The position numbers and the translations under genes were made by a program. From an uncultured virus (IMG/VR IMGVR_UViG_3300017697_000015) (taxonomy: Duplodnaviria > Heunggongvirae > Uroviricota > Caudoviricetes): a DNA stretch of 64,000 nucleotides. The notes below the pieces were generated by a model that worked only from the letters and a program-made list of their open reading frames with translations, did not search any database and was not told the origin of the DNA. Below are positions 18,957-28,929 of the stretch, in pieces; position 1 is the stretch's first letter; each line of letters begins with the position of its first letter. The stretch is taken from IMG/VR virus record IMGVR_UViG_3300017697_000015, positions 1 to 64,000 of that record. One strand, given 5' to 3'.

Positions 18957-18995
18957 CTCTCTTTATAACAATACTATTTATCATTATAAAGAGAG
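18957..18995 (-). promoter_or_regulatory. Late promoter enclosed in RBS-sequestering inverted repeat
   Basis: CTCTCTTTATAA / TTATAAAGAGAG 12-bp IR around GATAAATA (18975-18982). Confidence 0.7.
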
Positions 18996-19010
18996 TACAC
19001 AACAATCAAA

Positions 19011-20432
19011 TTAGTATTGCATATCTAGATCGATAGCCCAGTGAGTTGTTGCTGGATCGTGATTTAAACCACAGGCGATATCGTACAGGGTACGTACACC
19101 AAATCCTACTGCACCTTTAGGTGTGGTATCTTTAGGACTATCAGCCCATGCCATTCCTGCAATATCCAAATGTGCCCACGGAGTATCACTATCAACGAAC
19201 CGATACAAGAACTCTGCTGCTGTGGTGGAACCACCATACGGACCGCCAATGTTCTGCATATCAGCAATAGGGGAATCTATCATCTTATTCCATACTTTAC
19301 CCATTGGCATACGGAAATAATTCTCTCCTGCATCTGAACCAACTGATGAAATATGACTAGCGAACCCAGTAGAATTACTAAACAAACCTGCTGCTTCGTG
19401 ACCTAGTGTTACCAAAATAGCACCAGTTAATGTTGCTAAATCAATAATCTGTGCTGGCTTGTATTCATTTTGTACATACGTTAGAATATCTGCAAGTACC
19501 AAGCGACCTTCTGCATCTGTATTCAAGTTCTCGACTGTTTGACCATTTAATGACCCGATAACATCACCTGGGCGAGTTGCACCACCAGACGGCATGTTTT
19601 CTACAAGTCCTACGATTCCTACTACATTGGCTTTTACATTCTGAGAAGCAATTGCGTGCATAGCACCAACTACTGCTGCTGAACCACCCATGTCAGTCTT
19701 CATATCTCCCATACCCTTTCCAGGCTTTAGTGAGATGCCGCCAGAATCAAATGTAACACCCTTTCCTACTAGAGCAAGTGGTGCTGCGTCTGTATCAGCA
19801 TTCATGTGTTCCATCACAACAACATAACTGTCACGATCAGAACCTTCACCAACACTCAATAGCAAATCAAATCCTAGTTTACGTAGAAATTTCTCATGCA
19901 TAATCTTTACTGTTACACCCAAAGGTGTTAACATTTGGTTGATACGATCTGCGTACTCTTCTGGATACAATTCGTTACCCGGCTCAGTAACTAGGTCACG
20001 TGCCAAGAACACACTTTCTTCAATGGTTTTGACTGAATCTGTACCATGAATATATGTAAACGTAGTACTTTCTGTATCTGTCTTGTACTTACTGAATGAG
20101 TATGCAGCAAGTCGTGCACCTTCAATGATAAACGCTGATGTCTTATCATTAAACTCAAAATAAACATGATTGCACTTTTTATTATATTTGGAAAAGCATT
20201 TACCACCAAGATTGCGGTAATCGGTATCGGTAGATGCTGTTGTTTTTACAATGAGTACTGCATGAACAGACATACCAGATGGATATGTTACTTCAATCAT
20301 ATCATCATCTTTACTTGAATCATTCATATCCCATGCTGCTTGTAACTGTCCTTTCGTTGTTTTGTCTAATACTTTGTAATACTTTGATTTATATTCAACT
20401 ACAATTGCTGAATTATTTTCATATTCACTCAC
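19011..20432 (-). CDS. pepA: M17 leucyl aminopeptidase
   Basis: GKGVTFDSGG, DMKTDMGG, NTDAEGRL, ATLTG and HLDIAG motifs. Confidence 0.95.
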   Translation of the reverse strand: MSEYENNSAIVVEYKSKYYKVLDKTTKGQLQAAWDMNDSSKDDDMIEVTYPSGMSVHAVLIVKTTASTDTDYRNLGGKCFSKYNKKCNHVYFEFNDKTSAFIIEGARLAAYSFSKYKTDTESTTFTYIHGTDSVKTIEESVFLARDLVTEPGNELYPEEYADRINQMLTPLGVTVKIMHEKFLRKLGFDLLLSVGEGSDRDSYVVVMEHMNADTDAAPLALVGKGVTFDSGGISLKPGKGMGDMKTDMGGSAAVVGAMHAIASQNVKANVVGIVGLVENMPSGGATRPGDVIGSLNGQTVENLNTDAEGRLVLADILTYVQNEYKPAQIIDLATLTGAILVTLGHEAAGLFSNSTGFASHISSVGSDAGENYFRMPMGKVWNKMIDSPIADMQNIGGPYGGSTTAAEFLYRFVDSDTPWAHLDIAGMAWADSPKDTTPKGAVGFGVRTLYDIACGLNHDPATTHWAIDLDMQY

Positions 20433-22705
20433 ACTGCCTCCAGTTCTTTCGTTGTTATTAATACTTCACCATCTGTATAACTGATAATCAGTTTTTCAGT
20501 GATTGTATCATTCATAATATGCTTTGCTAATGGTAATTTAATACGCTCGTTGATTAGTCGTGAAAGAGGACGTGCGCCCATTGCTGGATCATAACCTTCT
20601 GTTTCAAGGAAAACTAATATACTCTCGTCCCATTCAATCTCAACACCACGTGATGCGATATAACCTTCTAATTGTCCTAAGAACTTTAGAACGATACTGC
20701 GCATATATTTTAATTTTAATGCATTAAATTGTACAATACCATCTAATCGATTTCGGAATTCTGGTGCAAAGAATTTGTTAATTGCTTCATTAACGGCTAC
20801 TGCGTTATATGCTTGATCACCAAATCCAATCGCTTTCTTTGAACCCTCACGCGCACCTAAGTTAGATGTCATAATGATAATTGAATTCTTACCTGATACT
20901 TTTTTTCCTGTACTTGATGTGATCACACCATCGTCTAATAATGCCAATAATACTGACATAATATCTGGATGTGCTTTTTCTACTTCGTCTAACAATAACA
21001 CACAATTTGGTGAATCTTCCAATGCAGTGATCAATAAACCATCTCCTGCTTTTCCGTCACCATGACCTACATAACCAGGAGGTGAACCAATCAACTTCGA
21101 TACAGAATGTGCTTCTTGATACTCACTCATATCAAATCGCACGAGTTTCATATCCATAGACTCTGATAGTCGCTTTGCTGTTTCCGTTTTGCCAACACCA
21201 GTTGGACCAGTGAATAAATAACTTGCGATAGGCTTATTTGGTTCTTTTAATCCTGCTAAACTAATGGTAATTGAATTGATTACACGATTGATCGCTTCGT
21301 CTTGTCCAAATACATTATTACGCAAGAAATTCTCTACTTGAATATGCTTGTTGTTTGTTTGTTCTTCTGCTTTAGTTCCTAAATGCTCTGCTGGTATACC
21401 AGTGTAGCGAGATAATTCTGCACGAATCGCTTCGTCAGTAATCAATGTGACTTGCTCATTGATAGGCTGAATCTTATTAAATGCACATGCACGATCAATT
21501 ACATCGAATGCCTTATCTGGCAATTTCTTATTAAATACATACTCTGCACTTAAATCAACTGCTAAGTCACATGCAGATGGTTCAATTTCAAATCCATAAT
21601 GTATCTCATATGACATAGCAGCATTACGAATAATCTTCTTTGCTTCTTCGGAAGTAGGCTCTTCGATATTAATCTTAGTGAATCTTCTTGCTAACGCTGC
21701 TTCTTTTTCAAATAATTTACGATATTCTTGATCAGTTGTTGCACCAATTACTTTTAATTTACCACTTGACAATGAGGGTTTGAGTAAGTTTCCTGCATCC
21801 ATACCGCCAGAACCACCACTAGTTGAGCCTGCTCCAATTACCATATGAATTTCATCAATGAACAATATGATATCGTCACGCTTTTCTAATTCTTCAACTA
21901 GTGCCTTCATACGCTCTTCGAAATCACCACGATACTTAGTACCAGCGACTAATTTTGCCATGTCAAGCATTAATACAGTTTTACCTTTGATAACATCTGG
22001 TACTTCATCTTCTACGATGAGTTTTGCCAATCCTTCCACAATAGCAGTTTTACCAACACCACTACCTCCTACTAACACTGCATTAGATTTCTTCTTACGT
22101 GCAAGTGTCTGTACTAGATCACGTAATTCATCACGGCGACCAATTACATCATCATAATTACTTGACTCTTCATTCATATTGACAGTGAATTGTGCTAATG
22201 CCGAAGGTGCTGTATTACTACGAGGTATTTGCTTCTGTTTGGTTCCTGTTGTTTCATCACGAAAGTCTTCACTTATTACTGAATTCACATCATGCAACCA
22301 CGCTGATAGTGAATGCTTATCTAGTCCACATTCGTATGCGAAATGTGCTGTTACTGATTGCTCTTCTGAGAGAATACTTAATAGCAAATCAACATTGTTG
22401 ATTGATTGCTTTCCGTAAAATACAGCCTGTGTCATTGCACGATTGAATACGCGCTCTAACATTTGTGTCTTACGTGGAGTAATTTCTTCATCAGATGACA
22501 TAACTAATTCATCACATTCTGCTGCTAGGTAATCCTCAATCGCGAGTTGTATACTTTCACAATCTGCTTGAATTTCGTAACACATAATACGTACTGCGGT
22601 ATCGTCTAAAATTACCAACGATAAATGCTCTAGCGTCACGTATTCATGATTATGACTTTTTGCTAGATCAATAGCGCGAACTACTATGTTTTCAATTTCT
22701 GACAT
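20429..22705 (-). CDS. clpA: ATP-dependent Clp protease ATP-binding subunit ClpA
   Basis: Clp N-domain, two AAA+ modules (GVGKT twice), AGTKYRGDFEER, IGF loop, no ClpB middle domain. Confidence 0.92.
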   Translation of the reverse strand: MSEIENIVVRAIDLAKSHNHEYVTLEHLSLVILDDTAVRIMCYEIQADCESIQLAIEDYLAAECDELVMSSDEEITPRKTQMLERVFNRAMTQAVFYGKQSINNVDLLLSILSEEQSVTAHFAYECGLDKHSLSAWLHDVNSVISEDFRDETTGTKQKQIPRSNTAPSALAQFTVNMNEESSNYDDVIGRRDELRDLVQTLARKKKSNAVLVGGSGVGKTAIVEGLAKLIVEDEVPDVIKGKTVLMLDMAKLVAGTKYRGDFEERMKALVEELEKRDDIILFIDEIHMVIGAGSTSGGSGGMDAGNLLKPSLSSGKLKVIGATTDQEYRKLFEKEAALARRFTKINIEEPTSEEAKKIIRNAAMSYEIHYGFEIEPSACDLAVDLSAEYVFNKKLPDKAFDVIDRACAFNKIQPINEQVTLITDEAIRAELSRYTGIPAEHLGTKAEEQTNNKHIQVENFLRNNVFGQDEAINRVINSITISLAGLKEPNKPIASYLFTGPTGVGKTETAKRLSESMDMKLVRFDMSEYQEAHSVSKLIGSPPGYVGHGDGKAGDGLLITALEDSPNCVLLLDEVEKAHPDIMSVLLALLDDGVITSSTGKKVSGKNSIIIMTSNLGAREGSKKAIGFGDQAYNAVAVNEAINKFFAPEFRNRLDGIVQFNALKLKYMRSIVLKFLGQLEGYIASRGVEIEWDESILVFLETEGYDPAMGARPLSRLINERIKLPLAKHIMNDTITEKLIISYTDGEVLITTKELEAV

Positions 22706-23376
22706 TCTCTTAACCTTAATATAAATTGATCGATACTAGTATCAGTATCTAATTTTGGGATTTCAGTATTCACAATAATGTGCAATCCTGCACGCTTCTT
22801 TGTTAGTTTATTCATCAAGCCCTTGTTAGGTACTAGAATGACTAACCCATCTTGCGCTCCCGCTGGGATTTCTATTTCTAAATGCTCGTCACATGGACCT
22901 ATAATTGGGATTACACTTCCTTGCATCGCATCTACGATATCAATTGTGATATTCATTATAAGCGATAATCCCTGTCTTGTCAATACTTTATGTGATAATT
23001 CTTTGATATTAACAATATATTTGTCAATAGGAGTGTTTACTTTATACTTATCATCTAACCTAGATCCTGCTGGTATTGCTACTTTCAATATCTCACCAGT
23101 ATCTGTCTCAATGTAATCATCTACACCTTCTATCTGCTGCTTGATTGTTAATTTTACATTTACTAAATGTGTATGTGAAGTTACAATAATAGGCACGATA
23201 GTACTCTTTCGTAGTTGTTCGTATGCTTGAACAACACGATTAAATTCGACTGATTTGCCGCCTCTATCTGGGTGATGCTTCATTGCAAGTTTTTTAAATG
23301 CTTGCTTTATTTCTTCTTGGGATGAAGATGTCGCTATATTTAAAATGTCCCAAGGGTTACTATTTGTTTGTTTCAT
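22684..23376 (-). CDS. DnaJ-class (CbpA-like) co-chaperone
   Basis: J-domain with HPD motif plus DnaJ C-terminal domain; no zinc finger. Confidence 0.88.
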   Translation of the reverse strand: MKQTNSNPWDILNIATSSSQEEIKQAFKKLAMKHHPDRGGKSVEFNRVVQAYEQLRKSTIVPIIVTSHTHLVNVKLTIKQQIEGVDDYIETDTGEILKVAIPAGSRLDDKYKVNTPIDKYIVNIKELSHKVLTRQGLSLIMNITIDIVDAMQGSVIPIIGPCDEHLEIEIPAGAQDGLVILVPNKGLMNKLTKKRAGLHIIVNTEIPKLDTDTSIDQFILRLRECQKLKT

Positions 23377-23480
23377 ATTATTTCATACTGCTGAATTAGT
23401 TTGTTCCTATAAACTGCCTCAACATCGTTACCATATATTTCATTGCTCGACAACGAACAATCACACTTCTCGTGTAGTTG

Positions 23481-23488
23481 TATTTACT
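23481..23488 (-). promoter_or_regulatory. Late-type promoter variant for dnaJ-clpA-pepA
   Basis: AGTAAATA about 105 nt upstream of the start. Confidence 0.45.
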
Positions 23489-23536
23489 TATTTTTTTATA
23501 TGAATTATATGACACTATATATGAACTGATTTTTTG

Positions 23537-24004
23537 CTAGTCTTTAAATATCTTTAGTACTTTATCAGTAATTCCTGGCTCTACAGGGACGGGAATAGTT
23601 ACATCACGATTATCATTGTGATTATCAATATTGATTTGAACACCTTCATAGTATGATTTGTATGCTGCTATAATAGATTGCTGCTGTGATAACAATTTTA
23701 ATATTTCAGAATTATTCAGACTTAGATTTTCATATCCAATATCAGTTAATGCAAATAATGCAATATTACTATTTACTTTTTGTAACTCTTTCATTACTTC
23801 ATCCATATTATCTATTGTGACTATAATAAAATCTACGTCACGCAATGCTAATACAGAAGTATCTGGCAATATTAAATCAGGCTTATCTATGGGCGCTGAT
23901 TTATATGTAACTACTTTTGGTACAGATGAACAACTACTTAGGAATATAGTTGGGATTAGCAATGTCATAACAACTGCTATTCGTTTGACTCTTTTTAACT
24001 GCAT
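23537..24004 (-). CDS. Outer-membrane lipoprotein o-spanin (Rz1-like)
   Basis: Signal peptide with lipobox LSSC; overlaps 3' end of i-spanin in another frame. Confidence 0.75.
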   Translation of the reverse strand: MQLKRVKRIAVVMTLLIPTIFLSSCSSVPKVVTYKSAPIDKPDLILPDTSVLALRDVDFIIVTIDNMDEVMKELQKVNSNIALFALTDIGYENLSLNNSEILKLLSQQQSIIAAYKSYYEGVQINIDNHNDNRDVTIPVPVEPGITDKVLKIFKD

Positions 24005-24404
24005 TTAATTCTTCCTCTGTTAGTGGTGAACCACTTACTATCTCAAAACATCTTAACACATCTTTAGTACCTTTGTCAACTATTTTTTCAACTAATACAG
24101 GCTTTGATTCTGCTAATGCACCTAGTTCATGTCTACTTAACTTAGACTGTAAATCTTTAACTCGTGAATTTGCTGCTTCAAATTTATTAGATACACGCAA
24201 ATACTCATCTTGCACTCTTACTAAATCTGCTTGTACTAATTTTAATGCGACATCTGTTGCTTGTTGTGCTTGTTCTGCTTGTGCTGCGTTGACTGCGAAT
24301 ATTTGAATTTGGTTTTGGGTGTATTTGTAATATTGCCAAGCACCATAACCAACTGCTCCAAAGATCACTGCTGCTATTAGATATAGTTTAATACGTGAAA
24401 ACAT
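23934..24404 (-). CDS. Inner-membrane i-spanin (Rz-like)
   Basis: N-terminal TM, coiled coil, C-terminal Cys residues. Confidence 0.75.
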   Translation of the reverse strand: MFSRIKLYLIAAVIFGAVGYGAWQYYKYTQNQIQIFAVNAAQAEQAQQATDVALKLVQADLVRVQDEYLRVSNKFEAANSRVKDLQSKLSRHELGALAESKPVLVEKIVDKGTKDVLRCFEIVSGSPLTEEELNAVKKSQTNSSCYDIANPNYIPK

Positions 24405-24625
24405 TATTTGTTCCTATATATGATTCTGCATTTTGTCAAATCATAAGGTGATATTTCTACCTCAACCTGATCTGCAAGAAGTACATTAATATTCATTTTT
24501 CGCATCTTTCCACTCAAGTGCGCTAATAGAACATGTTCATTCATGTCTAACTTAACTCTGAATTTAGCGTTTGGTAGACACTCTGTTATAATTCCAGTTG
24601 TTTTTATTGTATCTTCTTTAGACAT
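24404..24625 (-). CDS. infA: Translation initiation factor IF-1
   Basis: 'MSKEDTI...[10 protein letters not shown]...LAHLSGKMR...[16 protein letters not shown]'. Confidence 0.95.
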   Translation of the reverse strand: MSKEDTIKTTGIITECLPNAKFRVKLDMNEHVLLAHLSGKMRKMNINVLLADQVEVEISPYDLTKCRIIYRNK

Positions 24626-25122
24626 TAGTAACTATTCAAAAACTTAATTCTTTCTGATATCACTTTAGCATCTGGGTCATGTGCAATAACATATTCATAA
24701 CTGGATGTGTGTACTGATTGTTCAAACTCTTCCGAAGTCCAATCTTTTGGAATAGTGTCCTTGTATGCTACAAATTTCCAAGATTCTACTTCATTGTCAA
24801 TATTTAAAATATCTTGTAACATAACATCAATTAACCTAAATAAAAAATTACTACGTGTGTATTCAATAAACACTGTATATTTTCCTTCTGGAGTGGGTCC
24901 TACTGATACATCAACATCTAGTGCATCTTTGTGTCCAGTTTCGATGAATTGACTAAGGTCTGACGCTGCGTCGATGTGATTTACTTCAATTGCGACTACA
25001 ACGATGTTCTTATCATATCCAATCTTACTTTCGTATTGATCAATACTAACTACATTGCTCACAAGACCACGTAGATCATTGTGTTGCACTGCTTCATTAA
25101 GTGTCGTCTGATATGATTTCAT
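24625..25122 (-). CDS. Conserved hypothetical phage protein
   Basis: 165-aa ORF; GGAG SD. Confidence 0.7.
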   Translation of the reverse strand: MKSYQTTLNEAVQHNDLRGLVSNVVSIDQYESKIGYDKNIVVVAIEVNHIDAASDLSQFIETGHKDALDVDVSVGPTPEGKYTVFIEYTRSNFLFRLIDVMLQDILNIDNEVESWKFVAYKDTIPKDWTSEEFEQSVHTSSYEYVIAHDPDAKVISERIKFLNSY

Positions 25123-25618
25123 CACTTGCTCCTAGATTATCATCGTATGCTTGTTCAACTGCTGCACTGTCAAACTGCATATCATCTACTTTCACACGAC
25201 TTGATTCAATGGTGTCTATTAAACCACGTGGGACTTCAAGTGTAACCAACCATACTGGTCGTAGTATCTTCTTTGCTCTACGCTTGTTTGGACGTTCTGG
25301 ATCAATCTCAGAATCTTCTGGCTCAATTAACTTTGCTGCGGTGGTAAGTGTGTCTTTTGCATAGAATACTTTGCAGCCATTTTTAAGCAATCTATCTGCA
25401 CCATCTGGATCTGGCATCATCTTATGTGGATATAACAAAGTCACTGTTACCCAATAACGCTCAATTTGTGGACCATCTACAATCTCACCTTCAATCCAGT
25501 TCTTGTATGCATATACGTTTAATGATTCTAATACACCATCAATTTGCATCAATGTTTCCAATGCCGAATTTCTCTTTATGTTCTTACCTAATTGGGCAAT
25601 GATGTCTGTTTGTTCCAT
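25097..25618 (-). CDS. Conserved hypothetical phage protein
   Basis: 173 aa, 'YAYKNWIEGEIVDGP...MPDPDGA'; late box GCTAAATA at 25647-25654. Confidence 0.7.
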   Translation of the reverse strand: MEQTDIIAQLGKNIKRNSALETLMQIDGVLESLNVYAYKNWIEGEIVDGPQIERYWVTVTLLYPHKMMPDPDGADRLLKNGCKVFYAKDTLTTAAKLIEPEDSEIDPERPNKRRAKKILRPVWLVTLEVPRGLIDTIESSRVKVDDMQFDSAAVEQAYDDNLGASDEIISDDT

Positions 25619-25718
25619 AGTATTCTCCTAACTATTAATATAACAGTATTTAGCCTTTCTTTATTAATTGACTTACTGTAATAGTTAATAGTATATGTTA
25701 ACGAGTTATTGTATTAAT

Positions 25719-25726
25719 GCTAAATA
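25719..25726 (+). promoter_or_regulatory. Late-type promoter for phoH
   Basis: GCTAAATA, divergent from an identical box on the minus strand. Confidence 0.5.
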
Positions 25727-25779
25727 ATATTGTACGAGCAAGTACGAGGCACACTCATAAAACTTAAAAGGAGTTTTTA

Positions 25780-26520
25780 ATGGCCAGACGAGCAAGAAAA
25801 ACAAAAAACCAACAACGTCAAGATCATGATGTAAAAAAGGACGTTATCCAACTTAATGGGATGAAGCGCCGAGAGCGATTCGTTACCATGATTCCAAAAA
25901 ACCGCAGACAAGAAGACTACATAGAATTACTAGATGATAACAATCGACACATAGTATTCGCAATGGGACCAGCGGGCACAGGAAAAACAATGTTAGCGGT
26001 TTTAGCCGCTATACGAGCATTCAAAGAAGGTATCTGTGAAAAAATAGTCATAACACGACCAGCAGTAAGTGTGGACGAACAACACGGATTTCTTCCAGGC
26101 AGCCTAGTAGAAAAAATGGCGCCATGGACTCGACCAATATTTGACGTATTTGAAGAATATTGGACACCACAAGAAATCGAAAATATGGTTGAAGATGGTG
26201 TTATAGAAGTCGCACCACTCGCATACATGAGAGGACGTACATTTAAAAATGCATGGATAATAGGTGATGAAATGCAAAACGCCACACCAAGTCAAATGAA
26301 AATGCTACTAACCCGTATCGGAACTAATAGTCGCATATTCGTAACAGGCGATCTCGCTCAACACGATAGGGGATTTGAAGCGAATGGTCTAAAAGACTTT
26401 TTAGTACGACTAAAAGAACAAAAAAGTGATATGATCGGAGTCATTGAATTTGAAAAACAAGACATTGAAAGACATATCGTAGTAGAAGCCATATTAAACA
26501 TATATGGTGATGAAGACTAA
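25780..26520 (+). CDS. phoH: PhoH-like ATPase
   Basis: GPAGTGKT, GFLPG, YMRGRTF, DEMQN, LTRIG and GDLAQHD motifs. Confidence 0.96.
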   Translation: MARRARKTKNQQRQDHDVKKDVIQLNGMKRRERFVTMIPKNRRQEDYIELLDDNNRHIVFAMGPAGTGKTMLAVLAAIRAFKEGICEKIVITRPAVSVDEQHGFLPGSLVEKMAPWTRPIFDVFEEYWTPQEIENMVEDGVIEVAPLAYMRGRTFKNAWIIGDEMQNATPSQMKMLLTRIGTNSRIFVTGDLAQHDRGFEANGLKDFLVRLKEQKSDMIGVIEFEKQDIERHIVVEAILNIYGDED

Positions 26521-27093
26521 TTAGCCGAGAATTTTCTCGACTATATCTGCCCAAGTACTTGCTCGTACTATCCGTTCATCACTGTATTCTGCATTATGAG
26601 GATGATCAACTAAAATTGATTTCAATCCCAAATCTGCACCCAACACAGCATTTTCCCATTTATCTTCAAGCCAATACATACCACTACCACGATAATACTC
26701 TAATGCATCATCTTTGTCAGCACCAGTATCAAGACAGATTACATCAACAAACACATCACCATATAACTCTTTCAAGTTACTAACACGTAACGCCTTTGCT
26801 TTTACATCTAAACTTAGACTAGTGATCGCTAGAAACTTATATCCTGCTTCAACCAACTTAGCCATACCAGAACGAGAATCACGCAACGCTGGCAATGAAC
26901 TCATCCAAGCACTGTTGTTAAACTCACGTATTAAACTCTTTCCTTTTGCTTTCTCAATACCATACATGACAGAAATATCATATACTCCAGACACAACAAC
27001 TACATAACCTTTCGTTGACATCCAATCATTAAATCCTGCTTCCCAATCTAGACACACTCCGTCACAATCAGTCAATATAATCTTTTCGTTCAT
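26521..27093 (-). CDS. HAD-family 5'(3')-nucleotidase-like phosphatase
   Basis: DCDGV motif I; WLEDK motif. Confidence 0.8.
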   Translation of the reverse strand: MNEKIILTDCDGVCLDWEAGFNDWMSTKGYVVVVSGVYDISVMYGIEKAKGKSLIREFNNSAWMSSLPALRDSRSGMAKLVEAGYKFLAITSLSLDVKAKALRVSNLKELYGDVFVDVICLDTGADKDDALEYYRGSGMYWLEDKWENAVLGADLGLKSILVDHPHNAEYSDERIVRASTWADIVEKILG

Positions 27094-27130
27094 ACTCTTT
27101 ACTTCCTTGCTTTAATTAACTTATACAATA

Positions 27131-27159
27131 ATTATAACACAAGGCGCCTTACTTGTCAA
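27131..27159 (-). promoter_or_regulatory. Early sigma70-type promoter
   Basis: TTGACA-17-TATAAT. Confidence 0.85.
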
Positions 27160-27162
27160 CCC

Positions 27163-27807
27163 CTAATTACAATAAGTTTGCCAATTCTCATTCTTTATCT
27201 GCTCTTCTTGATCCCTCTTAATTGCTTCAAGACATTCACCAATTAGACTGGCTTGAGTATTATTGATTGTTTCCCACATTTCTTCATGGAAAGCATCTTC
27301 TGCTTCATCGTCAACCCATTCATCATCAACGTAAGACTCTTCTGTCAATCGTTCAGAATCATTAATAACAAGATCAATGGTTTCTTCATAATCATGTTCA
27401 ATACCATCATACATTTCCTCACCTTCATAGATATCTGCACCAAAGAAGTTTGGCCCTTCATCCTCATATGAAATAGATGTAATGATTTTAGGATCATATT
27501 CTACCAGAATACCTAGTAATTTCTCCAACCCCTGTTCTGGGGAACTCCATGCAGATTCTCCAGAGAAATATACATCATCCTCTTCGGCAGAAAAATCCTC
27601 AAAATAACTCCACTTAGGGCCTATGTTAGAGGTAGTCCACTCATACTTTTCTGTCTCTTCATATGTCAAGTCGCCCTCAACAAAGATATCAGAAAACCAT
27701 TTGTGCGGTGCATCATCACGAATACGTCCAAACATCTCTTTCAGTTTTGTGCGTGCATCATCATTGATTTGATGAAATTGCACATAAAAGTGTACATGAT
27801 TTGCCAT
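27163..27807 (-). CDS. Acidic YubB/DUF1281 ferredoxin-like domain protein
   Basis: 'MANHV...YEWTTSNIGPKW...SAWSSP...YEDEGPNFFG'. Confidence 0.6.
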   Translation of the reverse strand: MANHVHFYVQFHQINDDARTKLKEMFGRIRDDAPHKWFSDIFVEGDLTYEETEKYEWTTSNIGPKWSYFEDFSAEEDDVYFSGESAWSSPEQGLEKLLGILVEYDPKIITSISYEDEGPNFFGADIYEGEEMYDGIEHDYEETIDLVINDSERLTEESYVDDEWVDDEAEDAFHEEMWETINNTQASLIGECLEAIKRDQEEQIKNENWQTYCN

Positions 27808-28049
27808 TATTCAATCTCCTCTCGTGATTCGTGATTGTCAATCATACCTCGTAGTACCATCCTACAATAACCCTCAATATAATTTTCTTCGTCTTCAAGA
27901 TAATCTTCAATCTCATTAATCTGTTCAACACCTAAGTCGTCAGTACTTTCAACACCATACTGCTCCTCAATACTATATAATACCCAATCATAGGCAAGTG
28001 ACTCTAATTGATCACATAGTTTACCTTGTTTAGTTACTTCAAACGACAT
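27807..28049 (-). CDS. Hypothetical acidic protein
   Basis: 80 aa; AAGGAG SD. Confidence 0.7.
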   Translation of the reverse strand: MSFEVTKQGKLCDQLESLAYDWVLYSIEEQYGVESTDDLGVEQINEIEDYLEDEENYIEGYCRMVLRGMIDNHESREEIE

Positions 28050-28068
28050 CTTATATCTCCTTAAACTT

Positions 28069-28359
28069 TTAAAGTTCTAATTTCTTACCTAACGCATATC
28101 CTGCTGCTGCTGCGCCGCCACCTATAAGAACTGTTTTTCCTATAGAGGATTTACGTCTAGGTCCGCTATCATCATCATCATCATCATCATCATTGTTGTT
28201 GCCACTGTTACCTACCAGCATAGACACTGCTGCCAATATCGGTGCACCAAAAATCCAACCTGGACCACCACCAAGCAGCAACGCAGGAATGAGAATAACC
28301 GCAGTAACAATCAACCATGCGTATACGTAGATTTCTGTATCATCAGTTTTGTTAGACAT
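28069..28359 (-). CDS. Small membrane protein with poly-Asp linker
   Basis: Two TM segments, (GAT)n Asp run, Gly/Ala C-terminal helix; AGGAG SD. Confidence 0.7.
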   Translation of the reverse strand: MSNKTDDTEIYVYAWLIVTAVILIPALLLGGGPGWIFGAPILAAVSMLVGNSGNNNDDDDDDDDSGPRRKSSIGKTVLIGGGAAAAGYALGKKLEL

Positions 28360-28382
28360 CTTCTATCTCCTATTTAAATATT

Positions 28383-28589
28383 CTATGCTACTAATGTAAC
28401 GATATCACTGAAATGTTCATCGAATACATTTACTAAATGCTCGTAGTCACCACTCTTCATATCTCTTACGATATCTTCGTGATCAGGCTTGGCAAAACTA
28501 GTTGCCAATGCGATTAGATTCTGCTCAGAACCTTGCTCACCTGATATGTCTACGACAATACTTTCTCTAAAATGACTAGATGTGTTCAT
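28383..28589 (-). CDS. Hypothetical protein, paralog of 38188..38424
   Basis: 'VDISGEQG...DMKSGDYEHLVNVFDEHF'. Confidence 0.65.
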   Translation of the reverse strand: MNTSSHFRESIVVDISGEQGSEQNLIALATSFAKPDHEDIVRDMKSGDYEHLVNVFDEHFSDIVTLVA

Positions 28590-28592
28590 GAT

Positions 28593-28865
28593 TTAAAACC
28601 GATTAGCGTTGCGTTCAAATAATTGCTCACCAGTAGGCTTGCGATTAAGGTATGCTTCTACTGCCACCATATCCTGCTCTTCTTTTGCAATGACAGTGTT
28701 ATCATAAGATACCTGACTAATGTAACCGAATGCTAGGAAATCACCTAGCACATTCGCAAACGGACTACGATCATTAGACTTCCATAATACGACACCATCA
28801 AGGTCGCGCACGTATGCATGTGACCACTGCTCGTAAACTTTAATACCTTTTGCTGTTTTAATCAT
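28593..28865 (-). CDS. Hypothetical early protein
   Basis: Start moved to MIKTAKG, downstream of promoter and GAGAG SD. Confidence 0.6.
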   Translation of the reverse strand: MIKTAKGIKVYEQWSHAYVRDLDGVVLWKSNDRSPFANVLGDFLAFGYISQVSYDNTVIAKEEQDMVAVEAYLNRKPTGEQLFERNANRF

Positions 28866-28897
28866 AGTCTTGCTCTCTTTAATTAACTTATACAATA

Positions 28898-28926
28898 ATT
28901 ATAACACAAGGATCCTTACTTGTCAA
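28898..28926 (-). promoter_or_regulatory. Early sigma70-type promoter
   Basis: TTGACA-17-TATAAT; near-duplicate of the 27131 promoter. Confidence 0.85.
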
Positions 28927-28929
28927 CAC

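Noticed and set aside
28168..28193. (ATC)n microsatellite as a phase-variation switch
   Set aside because: It is a trinucleotide in-frame repeat encoding poly-Asp, so slippage would not shift frame
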